Program-made: the position numbers and the translations under genes | Part shown: in pieces, positions 1-9,447 of the stretch | How positions within the stretch are numbered: the first letter of the stretch is position 1 | Layout: every line of letters begins with the position of its first letter | Source: Lentisphaerota bacterium | GTDB lineage: Bacteria > Verrucomicrobiota > Kiritimatiellia > CAIQIC01 > Lenti-01 | Direction: 5' to 3' | Length of the DNA: 64,000 nucleotides | Assembly: GCA_012514035.1 (NCBI GenBank) | Contig: JAAZBB010000039.1 | Location: forward strand, 2,137-66,136 | The notes under the pieces: generated by a model | Told to the model about the DNA's origin: nothing | Database searches by the model: none | The model's input: the letters and a program-made list of their open reading frames with translations, nothing else

Positions 1-2045
1 TGCCCTTCGGGGCGCATGTGGTGGATCAGGGGGTGCATTTCAGCATTTTCAGCCGCCACGCCACCCGGGTCTGGCTGATGTTGTTCAACCAGGCCGACGA
101 CGAGACGCCGGTGGAGGAGTTCGAGCTGCGGCCGGACAGCAACCGCCTGGGCGACCTGTGGCATTTGCACGTGCCCACCGCCCGTCCCGGACAGTACTAC
201 CTGTACCGCATGGCTGGCCCGCGCCACGGCGCGGCTGGCCAGGCCTATGACCCGGATCAATGGCTGCTGGATCCCTACGCCCTGGCCGTGGTCGGCCAGA
301 AGAAGTGGGGGGACCGCGAGGGCATCGTCCCCGGGCGGAAAATCCTCAACGGTCGGCGGTTTCCCAAGGGCCTGATCCTGAAAGACGACTTCGCGTGGGA
401 AGGCGACCGCACGCTGCGGGTGCCGTTGAGCCAGACCGTGATCTACGAGGCCAGCGTGCGCGGCTATACCGCCCATGCCAGTGCGGGAGCCCGGTGGCCG
501 GGAACCTACCGCGGGCTGATCGAAAAGATCCCCCACCTGCAGGAACTGGGCATCACCACCCTGGAGCTGCTGCCCATCCAGGAATTCAACGAAATGGAAT
601 TGTACTGGGAGAACGGCCCTCGCCGGAACCTGCGGAATTTCTGGGGCTACAGCACGATGGCATTTTTTGCGCCCCACGGACGCTTCGCCTGTGCAAACCA
701 GCGCGGCGAACAGGTCCGCGAATTCAAGGAAATGGTCCTGGCCATGCACAAGGCCGGCATCGAGGTCATCCTGGATGTGGTCTTCAACCATACAGCCGAG
801 GGCGGCATGGGCGGCCAGACCTACTCGTTCCGCGGCATCGACAACCCGATCTACTACATGGTGGAGGAGGACGGGAAGACCTACAAGAACTTCACGGGCT
901 GCGGCAACACCGTCAACGGCAATCATCCGGTCGTGCGCGATTTCATCCTGCACTGCCTCCGCTACTGGGTGCTGCACATGCGCGTGGACGGCTTCCGGTT
1001 CGATCTTGCCACCATCCTGGCCCGCGGGCGTGACGGCGCCCTGCTGGCCAATCCGCCCGTCATCGAGCAGATCGCCGATGATCCCGTTCTGCGCGGGGTC
1101 AAGATCATCGCCGAGGCTTGGGACGCCGCCGGCGCCTACCAGGTCGGTTCGTTCCCCAGCAGGCGCTGGAGCGAATGGAACGGGCGCTACCGCGACGACA
1201 TCCGCGACTTCTGGCGCGGGGCCGCCACCTTGAGCACCTTCGCGACGCGGCTGTGCGGCAGCCCGGACCTCTATGATCGGCCCGGCCAGACGCCGCTGAA
1301 AAGCGTCAATTACATCGCCAGCCACGACGGTTTCACCCTGGCCGACATCGTCAGTTATGCCGAGAAGCATAACCTGGCCAACTGCGAGGACAACCGCGAC
1401 GGCGACAACCACAACCACAGCGACAACGGCGGCAAGGAGGGGCCCACCAACAACCCCGCCATCCTGGCCCGGCGTCATCGCCGGCAGAAGAATCTGCTGG
1501 CCACGCTGTTCCTCTCGCAGGGCGTGCCCATGTTGCTGGGCGGCGATGAGTTCGGCCGTACCCAGCAGGGCAACAACAATGCCTATTGCCAGGACAATGA
1601 AATCTCCTGGGTGGATTGGAACCTGCTGCAGAAGAACCGGGCCCTGTACGAGTTTGCCCTGCAGCTCATCGCCTTTCGCAAGAGCCATCCGGCGCTGTGG
1701 CGGGAACGGTTCTTCCAAGGCCATGACCGGGCGGGGGATTTCCCGGATATCCGCTGGTACGGGCCCGATGGCGCGCCCACGCCCGACTGGGAGAAAGGTT
1801 CCGCCCTGGCTTGCCGGATCGACGGACGCGCGGAACATACCGGTCTGGGCCGCGACGACGACAATTTGTTCCTGATTTTCAACGCCGGGGACAGCCCGCA
1901 GGCCTTTGAATTGCCACCCAATGACAACGGCGAGCCTTGGCGCCTGGCGTGGACCACGCAGGATCGGGGACCTGTCGTGCGCGCCAAAGGGCGGCCCGTC
2001 GTTCTCGTGGACGGCCAGAGCGTGACGGTGTTCACCACGCGCTGA
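1..2045 (+). CDS. glgX: Glycogen debranching enzyme GlgX (isoamylase, GH13), 5'-partial. The reading frame is open from base 1, so the gene continues upstream of the window.
   Basis: Seen in sequence: GH13 catalytic motifs (FRFDLA, GWDAAG, HDGFTL) and a CBM48-like N-terminus (VHFSIFS). The frame is open at the window edge. Confidence 0.85.
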   Translation, partial: PFGAHVVDQGVHFSIFSRHATRVWLMLFNQADDETPVEEFELRPDSNRLGDLWHLHVPTARPGQYYLYRMAGPRHGAAGQAYDPDQWLLDPYALAVVGQKKWGDREGIVPGRKILNGRRFPKGLILKDDFAWEGDRTLRVPLSQTVIYEASVRGYTAHASAGARWPGTYRGLIEKIPHLQELGITTLELLPIQEFNEMELYWENGPRRNLRNFWGYSTMAFFAPHGRFACANQRGEQVREFKEMVLAMHKAGIEVILDVVFNHTAEGGMGGQTYSFRGIDNPIYYMVEEDGKTYKNFTGCGNTVNGNHPVVRDFILHCLRYWVLHMRVDGFRFDLATILARGRDGALLANPPVIEQIADDPVLRGVKIIAEAWDAAGAYQVGSFPSRRWSEWNGRYRDDIRDFWRGAATLSTFATRLCGSPDLYDRPGQTPLKSVNYIASHDGFTLADIVSYAEKHNLANCEDNRDGDNHNHSDNGGKEGPTNNPAILARRHRRQKNLLATLFLSQGVPMLLGGDEFGRTQQGNNNAYCQDNEISWVDWNLLQKNRALYEFALQLIAFRKSHPALWRERFFQGHDRAGDFPDIRWYGPDGAPTPDWEKGSALACRIDGRAEHTGLGRDDDNLFLIFNAGDSPQAFELPPNDNGEPWRLAWTTQDRGPVVRAKGRPVVLVDGQSVTVFTTR

Positions 2046-2093
2046 ACCGCGGCGGGGCGCTCCGCGTCCAGGGCCGCCCGGCGCGCCCGGCTG

Positions 2094-2501
2094 TTACAGG
2101 CGGCCCAATGACAGATCTCCGTGGATCTTGTACACGTGGCCGTCAAGATCCACGTGCAGCTCGACCCCGGGGAATGCCTTGGGAAGTTTTTTCCTCAGGC
2201 GGCGGGCAACCTCGGCTTCGAACTTTTTCTGGGTCTCGACGGGTACGTGGTCCAGCGTGGCGATGCGGGCCTGGACCACATAACCGGGGCCGTGGCGGGA
2301 GCCAATGCCGACCGAAAAGGCCGCCCCGAGGTCAAACAGGCCGTCGTCTTCGCGGTTGGACGTGGCGCCCGCCGGCGGGCGGTTGGGATGGCGCTTGAAT
2401 TTCGTGCAGGCGCCCGCGGTTTCGAGTTCGGCGTCGATTTCGTCGAAGACCTTCTTCAGGCGGTCTTCCCAGCGTTCAAGTTTGGTTTTGGAGGCGGACA
2501 T
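2094..2501 (-). CDS. Conserved hypothetical cytoplasmic protein of 135 aa. It has a basic N-terminal helix and no signal peptide.
   Basis: Clean ORF with coding-like composition. No family could be recognised by eye. Confidence 0.45.
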   Translation of the reverse strand: MSASKTKLERWEDRLKKVFDEIDAELETAGACTKFKRHPNRPPAGATSNREDDGLFDLGAAFSVGIGSRHGPGYVVQARIATLDHVPVETQKKFEAEVARRLRKKLPKAFPGVELHVDLDGHVYKIHGDLSLGRL

Positions 2502-2639
2502 TTTTAGGCTGGATGACAGGAGTCACAAGATGAACAGGATGGAACAGCCGGCAGCATGGTTAGCCGGGAAACAGGAAACAGCAGGAAAACCGGAGGGGTG
2601 ATCGGAATCCTGTCCATTCTGTATAAAAACATGCATTTC

Positions 2640-4148
2640 TCAGCGCGATTCAAACAACGTGCCGGGGTTGAGAAGAAAAGCAGGGTCGAACAGTTTTTTC
2701 AAGTCGCGCATGCGCTGGATGGCCGCGTCGCCGGCCATTTGTCGAAAGAGGTCGCGCTTGAGCTTGCCGATGCCGTGCTCGGCGGAAATGCTGCCGCCCC
2801 ATGCGATGATTTGCGCGGCCCATCGGGCGTAGAGGGCTTTGCCCGTTTCGTAGTCGGCGGGATGGCGGGGCAGGATGTTGACGTGCAGGTGGTTGGCGCC
2901 GATATGGCCGAAAACCAGGTGTTCGAGGCCGGCGGCGGCGAGGTCGGATTCGTAGAGGGCGAGAACATCGCCCAAACGGGCGTCGGGCACGGACATGTCC
3001 GTGCCGAGCTTGACCAGGCCGGGGTGGATCTTGCGCCGATCGTCAATCGCGGAATTCACCAGCTCGGGCACGGCGTGGCGCAGCAGCTTGAGTTTTTCGA
3101 TTTCGCGGGGATGGTCGGCGAGAATGGCGGCGTCGGGGTCCGCGCCGCACTCGCCCAGGCGTTCGGCGGCGGCCAGCACGGCGGCTTCGGCGGCGTCTTC
3201 GTCGGGGGCATGCCATTCGGCGTAGAGGCAGGCGGTGCCGGCGGGCATGGCGGGTACGGAGATGTTCCGGGTCGCCAGCACGTCCGCGTGCGCCCGGAGG
3301 AAATCCAGGGCCCGGGAGTCGAAGTATTCGATGGCCGCCAGACGCGCCCGGGAAACAGGGTTTTCCGTTCCTGGCCTCGGACCTCTGGCCTCTGGCCTCT
3401 GTTCGGCCCGCAAGGCGTTGACAAAACCAACAACCCCGGCGGTGTCCGGCAAAAAAGCCATGAGGCCCCAGACGGCTGCGGGGGCGGGGAGGAGGCGCAC
3501 CGTGGCTTCGGTGACGACGCCGAGCGTGCCTTCCGCGCCGATGAACAGGTCCAGCAGGTCCATGTCGGGTTCGACGTAGTATCCGGCGGCGTTTTTGACG
3601 GCCGGGCGGGGCAGGACCGGCAGTTCGCCGGCGAGGGAACCGAGCCGGAAACTGTATCCGGCAGCCCGGTCGCGGCTGCGGCGCAGGTCGAGGAGTTCAC
3701 CCCCGATCGTGGCCACGCGCAGCCCGGCGATATGGTTGCGCGTCGGACCGTGAAGAAAAGACAAGGCGCCGGACGCATTGCAGGAAATCATGCCGCCGAT
3801 GCTGGCGGTGGTTTCGGTGGGGTCGGGGGCGAAGAAATGACCGGCAGGGACGGCGGCGCGGATGGCGGCGAGGGTGGCGCCGGGCTGGACAACCAGCGTG
3901 TCGCCGTCAGGCCGGATGGCCTCCATCTTCGACAGATTCAGGACCAGCCCGCCGTCCGGAACGGCCCCGCCGGTGATGCCGGTGCGCGCGCCCTGCACCG
4001 TCACCGGCATCCGGGCCGCGCGGGCTTTGGCCAGAACAGCCCGAACATCTTCCTCCGTGCGGGGGAAGGCCAGGAGGTCCGCGGTCCCGGTGCGCCGGGA
4101 CTCGTCACGCAGGTATTCCGCCTGGTCGGGTTGGAACGGTTCGATCAT
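2640..4148 (-). CDS. FAD-linked oxidase of the GlcD/D-lactate dehydrogenase-like family (PCMH FAD-binding domain plus FAD-oxidase C-terminal domain).
   Basis: Motifs GTLGVVTEATVRLLP and a C-terminal HGIGKLKRDL...FDPAFLLNPG. The start was chosen at MIEPF (ATG on the minus strand at 4148); the longer ORF upstream overlaps the neighbouring gene. Confidence 0.8.
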   Translation of the reverse strand: MIEPFQPDQAEYLRDESRRTGTADLLAFPRTEEDVRAVLAKARAARMPVTVQGARTGITGGAVPDGGLVLNLSKMEAIRPDGDTLVVQPGATLAAIRAAVPAGHFFAPDPTETTASIGGMISCNASGALSFLHGPTRNHIAGLRVATIGGELLDLRRSRDRAAGYSFRLGSLAGELPVLPRPAVKNAAGYYVEPDMDLLDLFIGAEGTLGVVTEATVRLLPAPAAVWGLMAFLPDTAGVVGFVNALRAEQRPEARGPRPGTENPVSRARLAAIEYFDSRALDFLRAHADVLATRNISVPAMPAGTACLYAEWHAPDEDAAEAAVLAAAERLGECGADPDAAILADHPREIEKLKLLRHAVPELVNSAIDDRRKIHPGLVKLGTDMSVPDARLGDVLALYESDLAAAGLEHLVFGHIGANHLHVNILPRHPADYETGKALYARWAAQIIAWGGSISAEHGIGKLKRDLFRQMAGDAAIQRMRDLKKLFDPAFLLNPGTLFESR

Positions 4149-4220
4149 GGGGGGCAATATAACTTGCCTCGGCCTTGCACGCACGGCTAAAGTGACTTGT
4201 TTCAATTCAAGGAGAACGGC

Positions 4221-5900
4221 ATGGCTAGTCGAATGGTCAAGGTGAAGTTCGCGCATGGACCGGAACTTCAGGTGGAGGCGGGGATCGCGTTGAGCCAGAT
4301 CTTCCAGCGGCATCCCGCCGTGATGCAGGGGATCGACTTCCCGCCGCTGGCCGCGCTGGTGAACAATGAATATGTCTCCGTGGAATACCGGATCGAAACG
4401 GACAGCCAGGTGCGCATCCTGGGCTACCGGGATTCATACGGGCAGCGGGTGTACCGCCATACCGTCGCGTTTCTGCTGGCCAAGGTGGCCCACGAACTTT
4501 ATCCCGGCTGCGATTTCGCCGTTGAACACTCGCTTTCGAAGGGACTCTATTGCAGCTTCCGCCTCGGCGAGGAGCCGGGCATCACCTCCGAACAACTGGC
4601 GAACCTGGAGGGGGGCCTGCGCCGCCTGTTCGCCGAACAGGCGCCGATCGACCGGATCAAGATCACCTACGACGAGGCCATTGCACACTTCGAGGCGGCC
4701 CAGGCGACGGACAAGCTCAATCTGCTGCGCTACAAGAACAGTTCCAAGGTGAGCGTCTACCGCTGCGGGGCTTACATGGACCTGGCGCACCAGCCGCTGG
4801 CGAGCAACGCCGGGGCCCTGGGCAACTGCCAGTTGATCGCCTACCAGCAGGGCTTTGTCATGATGGGCCCGGACCGCATGGATCCCACGCGCTTTCCGCC
4901 CTTCGATCCGGCCCACTACATCTACGACGTGTTCAAGGGCCACAAGGACTGGGGCCGCATCGTCCGGGTGCGCACGGTCGGCGACCTCAATGAACGTATC
5001 GCGAAGAAAAAAATTGACGATTTCATCGACGTGAACGAAGCCTATCAGGAGAAGCGCATCGCCCTGCTGGCCGAGCAGATCGTCCAGCGGCGCGGCCAGG
5101 TGAAGTGGATCCTGATTGCCGGGCCGTCGTCGTCGGGCAAGACGACCTTCTCCAAGCGGCTCTCCCTGCAGCTCAAAGCCAGCGGCATGAATGCCAAGCC
5201 GGTTTCCCTGGACAACTACTTCGTGGGCCGCGCCCAGACGCCCAAGGATGAAAACGGCGAGCCGGACTTCGAGCACATCGAGACGCTCGACCTGAAGCTG
5301 GTCCACGATCAGTTGGCCCGGTTGGACGCCGGCGAGCGGCTGGAACTGCCCTACTTCAACTTCAACACCGGCGCGCGCGAGTGGCGCGGCGACATGATGC
5401 ATATCGGCCCGGACGACGTGGTCGTGCTGGAGGGCATCCACGGGCTGAATCCCCGCCTGACGGCCACGATTCCGGCCGAGCACAAGTTCCGCATCTACAT
5501 CAGCGCCTTGACGCAATTGAACATCGACAGCAACAACCGGATTTCCACGACGGACAACCGCCTCATCCGCCGCATGGTACGCGACAACAATTTCCGCAGC
5601 CATGGCGCTCTCCAGACGCTGGCGATGTGGCCCAAGGTGCGCCGGGGCGAAAAAACCTGGATCTTTCCCTACCAGAAAGAAGCCGATGTGGCCTTTAATT
5701 CGGCCCTGGACTACGAACTGGCCGTCCTGCGCCCCTTCGCCGAACCTCTGCTGGCGGAAATCAAACCGTCCATGCCCCAGTACGCCGAAGCCATGCGCCT
5801 CCAACAGTTCCTGTCCCATTTCCTGGTGATTCCCCCGGACCGCGTGCCTCCGACCAGCGTGATCCGCGAGTTCATCGGCCAGAGCTTCTTCCAGTATTAA
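4221..5900 (+). CDS. Nucleoside kinase of the uridine-kinase/phosphoribulokinase family, fused to an N-terminal TGS/ThrRS-like domain.
   Basis: P-loop ILIAGPSSSGKTTF and conserved Udk/PRK blocks in the C-terminal half. An AAGGAGAA Shine-Dalgarno precedes the ATG at 4221. Confidence 0.7.
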   Translation: MASRMVKVKFAHGPELQVEAGIALSQIFQRHPAVMQGIDFPPLAALVNNEYVSVEYRIETDSQVRILGYRDSYGQRVYRHTVAFLLAKVAHELYPGCDFAVEHSLSKGLYCSFRLGEEPGITSEQLANLEGGLRRLFAEQAPIDRIKITYDEAIAHFEAAQATDKLNLLRYKNSSKVSVYRCGAYMDLAHQPLASNAGALGNCQLIAYQQGFVMMGPDRMDPTRFPPFDPAHYIYDVFKGHKDWGRIVRVRTVGDLNERIAKKKIDDFIDVNEAYQEKRIALLAEQIVQRRGQVKWILIAGPSSSGKTTFSKRLSLQLKASGMNAKPVSLDNYFVGRAQTPKDENGEPDFEHIETLDLKLVHDQLARLDAGERLELPYFNFNTGAREWRGDMMHIGPDDVVVLEGIHGLNPRLTATIPAEHKFRIYISALTQLNIDSNNRISTTDNRLIRRMVRDNNFRSHGALQTLAMWPKVRRGEKTWIFPYQKEADVAFNSALDYELAVLRPFAEPLLAEIKPSMPQYAEAMRLQQFLSHFLVIPPDRVPPTSVIREFIGQSFFQY

Positions 5901-5902
5901 GA

Positions 5903-6003
5903 GGATTCAATATCCAACGAATCAATATCCAACCGAACAAGTGAAGGCCCGGCCGGGATTTTCCTTGGACATTGGACATTGGATATTGGGTGTTGGATAT
6001 TGA
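5903..6003. repeat. Intergenic inverted and tandem repeat structure. Two direct TCAATATCCAAC units (5907-5918, 5922-5933) face their reverse complement GTTGGATATTGA (5992-6003), which is preceded by a 7-bp-period TGGAYAT array.
   Basis: Direct reading. Arms of about 27 nt flank a roughly 45-nt loop. The structure sits between the stop of the upstream kinase gene and the der start. Confidence 0.6.
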
Positions 6004-6013
6004 GATTTCCTGA

Positions 6014-7396
6014 ATGCGGCCTTCGATGAGCACAACACCTCCATCCGAACGCATCGTGGCGATCGTGGGCCGGCCCAATGTCGGCAAGTCCGCGCTGTTC
6101 AACCGCCTGGTCCGTCGGCGGCTGGCGATTGTGCACGCCGAAGAGGGTGTGACGCGCGACCGCTTGATGGCGCCGGCGGAATGGCTGGGCCAGCGGTTCC
6201 AGGTGGTGGATACCGGCGGACTCGCCTTGATGGACCGCGCGAAATCCCGCAACGAAATCCTGCAGGCCACCACCGCGCAGATTCAAACGGCCATCGAAGA
6301 TTCCTCCGCGGTGATCCTGGTGGTGGATCTCAAGGGCGGACTGCAGCCCATGGATATGGAAGTGGCGTGCCTGCTGCGCAAGGCCGGCCGGCCGGTGATT
6401 GCAGCGGCCAACAAGGCGGACCTGCCGGAATGGGATGAACGAACCGGGGAATTCGCCGCCCTGGGCTTTCCGGTCTATCCGGTTTCCGCCACGCACAACC
6501 GCGGCATCGAGGCGTTGCTGGAGGCTGTGTTGCCGCATCTGCCGCCGGAATCGGGCGTAGCGGAACCGGAGCGCCTCAAGGTCGCCGTCGTGGGACGGCC
6601 GAATGTCGGCAAGTCGTCGTACATCAACCGGTTGACCGGTCGCCAGCGAGTGATTGTCTCCGAAATACCCGGGACCACCCGGGACACGATATCCGTGCCT
6701 TTCACGGTCCAAGGGCCGGAGGGTACCGCGCGGCACTACCTGTTGGTGGATACCGCCGGCATGCGCCGGCAGGGCAAGGTGCATGAATCAGTGGAAAAAT
6801 TCAGCCTGTTCCGCGCGGAGGCCTGCATCGCCGAGGCCGATATCGTCGTGCTGATGCTCGCGGCGGAAGCGGGGCCGGGCGCGCAGGAGAAAAAGGTCGC
6901 CGCGCTGATCCGCCAGCACCACAAGGCCTGTGTTGTGCTGGTGAACAAGTGGGACCAGGCCCGGGGTTCCGGCGTGCCGGCGGCGGACTACGAAGCACGC
7001 ATGCGCCAGGAATTGTTTTTCTTGGAAGACACTCCCGTCCTCTTTGTGTCGGCGCTGAGCGGATACCAGATCCGGCACAGTTTCGAGGTGATCGACGCCG
7101 TCGCCGCCCGTTTGGAGACCCAGTTGCCCACGGGCGTGCTGAACCGGGTGGTGCGCGACGCTTTCGCCAAGTCACAGCCGCCCTTCTCCCGCGGCAAGCA
7201 GCTCAAGTTCTACTATGCCACGCAAACGGGCCGGAAGCCGCCCCGAGTCACCCTGTTCGTGAACGATCCCGCCCTGAGCACGCCCGGTCACCAGGCCTTC
7301 CTGACCGCGCGCCTCCGCGAGGCGTTCGACCTGGCCGGCGTACCCCTCATCCTGCGCTACCGGTCAAGCCACGACAAATCAAAACCAGACCGTTGA
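6014..7396 (+). CDS. der: Ribosome-biogenesis GTPase Der (EngA), with two tandem GTPase domains and a KH-like C-terminus.
   Basis: Two G1 motifs (GRPNVGKSALFN and GRPNVGKSSYIN), plus DTGG/DTAG and NKxD motifs. Confidence 0.9.
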   Translation: MRPSMSTTPPSERIVAIVGRPNVGKSALFNRLVRRRLAIVHAEEGVTRDRLMAPAEWLGQRFQVVDTGGLALMDRAKSRNEILQATTAQIQTAIEDSSAVILVVDLKGGLQPMDMEVACLLRKAGRPVIAAANKADLPEWDERTGEFAALGFPVYPVSATHNRGIEALLEAVLPHLPPESGVAEPERLKVAVVGRPNVGKSSYINRLTGRQRVIVSEIPGTTRDTISVPFTVQGPEGTARHYLLVDTAGMRRQGKVHESVEKFSLFRAEACIAEADIVVLMLAAEAGPGAQEKKVAALIRQHHKACVVLVNKWDQARGSGVPAADYEARMRQELFFLEDTPVLFVSALSGYQIRHSFEVIDAVAARLETQLPTGVLNRVVRDAFAKSQPPFSRGKQLKFYYATQTGRKPPRVTLFVNDPALSTPGHQAFLTARLREAFDLAGVPLILRYRSSHDKSKPDR

Positions 7397-7551
7397 ACGG
7401 ATTCCGCTCCGGTCCACAGTCCGGCCATCCGGCTGGATTCATGCACGCCATCGCCGTCATGCCCGTCTTCCCGGAGACGGCGGGAATTGGATGGGCGTGG
7501 AAAAAATAACACGATAGACTACTTGTCTTTGGAGAAAGCCGCATTTCATTC

Positions 7552-8961
7552 ATGGTGCGTAATTGGACCAGCCTGCAGTCGCCGCCCAGCCCCGGCGGCT
7601 ATCGCGAAGTGTGGAGAGTTTCCGCGCCCATCATCGTTTCGATGGCCTCGTTCACCCTGATGCAATTCTGCGACCGCGTTTTCCTGGCCCACGACAGTTC
7701 CGTTGCGCTGCGGGCAGCCTTGCCGGCCGGCATGCTGGCGATGACCCTGACGGCCTTCTTTCATGCCTTGTCCGGCTATGCCGGGACGTTTGTCGCCCAG
7801 TATCACGGGGCCGGCCGGCCGCGGGAATGCGGCCGCGCGACGTCCCAGGGATTGTGGCTGGGCCTGTTGACATGGCCCCTGGGCCTGGCCTTGATTCCGC
7901 TGGGATTCTGGATTCTCGCCGCCGCCGGCCATCCCGCCGATGTCCTGGAGGCGGAAAACACCTACATGGCCATTTTGATGGCCGGCAGCGGATTCTGGGC
8001 CATGCATCATGCCGTGGCGGGCTTTTTCTCGGGCCGCGGCGATACGCACACGCCGATGTGGGCCGGCGTGGTCGCCAATCTGGCGAACATCGGACTGGAT
8101 TATGCGCTGATCTTCGGCCGGTGGGGACTGCCGGAATGGGGCATTGCGGGCGCGGCGATCGCGACCGTTGCTTCTTCCGTGCTGGGAACCGGCATTTTAC
8201 TGGGGCTGTATTTCCGGCACCGTTTCCGGAAGACATATGCCACCTGGCCAATCGGCCGGCCCGATTGGCTTCGGCTGCGACCGCTGCTGCGCTTTGGCGT
8301 GCCGGCCGCCCTCAACAGCGTCCAGGATATCGGGGCCTTCGCCTTTTTCGTGGTCCTGCTGGGGCGCCTGCCGGAGGCCGACATGGCCGCCAGCAACATC
8401 GCGTTCAGCATCAATAATGTGGCCTTCATGCCCTTGATGGGCATGGGCATGGCGGCCACGATCCTGGTCGGGCAGTATCAGGGCGCGCGTGATTCAGTCA
8501 CGGCAGCAAAGGCGGGCTACACGGCCATGAAGTTGGCCTGGGCCTACATGGGGGGCGTGGCGCTGACCTTCCTGCTGCTGCCCGGGGTGTATTTTCTTCT
8601 GTTTGCCGGCGAGGGCGAAGGCATGCTGCCGTTGGCTACCCTGCTGGAAAAAGGCCGCTGGCTGCTGGTGATGATGGCGTTTTGGGGCATGCTCGACGCC
8701 ATTAATCTGGTCATCGGCGGCGCCTTGCGCGGCGCGGGCGATACCCGCTTCGTGCTGGCCTATACGCTGGCGGTCACCTGGCTGGTGTGGATTCCGGGAG
8801 AACTGGTCCTGCTCCTCCGGCTGGAAGCTGGTCTGATGGCCGCATGGATGTGGATGACGGTTTATGTCTTTTTACTCGCGGGCGGATTCTGGCTGCGGTT
8901 TGGGCGCGGGCGCTGGAAGACCATCGAAATGATCCGGGCCCCGGCCCGGCCCGGTTTTTAG
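7552..8961 (+). CDS. MATE-family multidrug/oligosaccharidyl-lipid efflux transporter.
   Basis: About 12 predicted transmembrane segments. The N-terminus is typical of NorM/DinF-type proteins. Confidence 0.8.
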   Translation: MVRNWTSLQSPPSPGGYREVWRVSAPIIVSMASFTLMQFCDRVFLAHDSSVALRAALPAGMLAMTLTAFFHALSGYAGTFVAQYHGAGRPRECGRATSQGLWLGLLTWPLGLALIPLGFWILAAAGHPADVLEAENTYMAILMAGSGFWAMHHAVAGFFSGRGDTHTPMWAGVVANLANIGLDYALIFGRWGLPEWGIAGAAIATVASSVLGTGILLGLYFRHRFRKTYATWPIGRPDWLRLRPLLRFGVPAALNSVQDIGAFAFFVVLLGRLPEADMAASNIAFSINNVAFMPLMGMGMAATILVGQYQGARDSVTAAKAGYTAMKLAWAYMGGVALTFLLLPGVYFLLFAGEGEGMLPLATLLEKGRWLLVMMAFWGMLDAINLVIGGALRGAGDTRFVLAYTLAVTWLVWIPGELVLLLRLEAGLMAAWMWMTVYVFLLAGGFWLRFGRGRWKTIEMIRAPARPGF

Positions 8962-8999
8962 TGTTGTCCCGGAGGGCGGGAAAACGGGATGATGCCGGC

Positions 9000-9419
9000 A
9001 TGAAACGCATCCTCTGCGGTCTGGTTGGGCTGGCCGTGCTCTGGGCTACGGCGGCGACAGCGGATTCCTACGTGTGCAAGGCGGCCACGGGCGAACGGTT
9101 CCTCAAGTGGGACGGGCAATATCTGATGAAGGCCGCCACGGGGGAACGACTCTATAAATGGGACGGGCAGTACCTGATGAAGGCGGCGACCGGCGAGCGG
9201 CTCTATAAGTGGGATGGCCAGTACCTGATGACGGCGGCGACCGGCGAGCGGCTGTTGAAATGGGATGGCGCCTACATCATGAAGGCGGCCACGGGCGAGC
9301 GTCTGTACAAATTCGATGGCACCTACCTCATGAAGGCCGCCACCGGCGAACGCCTGCTCAAGATCGACGGGGCTTTCGCCATCCCCATCCTGATCGCCCT
9401 GGCCACCGGTTTGATCTGA
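9000..9419 (+). CDS. Small exported tandem-repeat protein of 139 aa. It has a signal peptide, six copies of the 17-aa unit K-A-A-T-G-E-R-L-Y-K-W-D-G-Q-Y-L-M, and a hydrophobic C-terminal tail (AIPILIALATGLI).
   Basis: ATG at 9000 is in frame with the long ORF. The DNA repeat is 51 bp x 6 (9073-9378). Confidence 0.55.
   Translation: MKRILCGLVGLAVLWATAATADSYVCKAATGERFLKWDGQYLMKAATGERLYKWDGQYLMKAATGERLYKWDGQYLMTAATGERLLKWDGAYIMKAATGERLYKFDGTYLMKAATGERLLKIDGAFAIPILIALATGLI
9073..9378 (+). repeat. Six tandem 51-bp coding repeats inside the repeat-protein gene.
   Basis: Direct reading of near-identical 51-nt units. Confidence 0.8.
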
Positions 9420-9447
9420 ACGGATCCCGCCCCGCCGCCGGCCAGCC

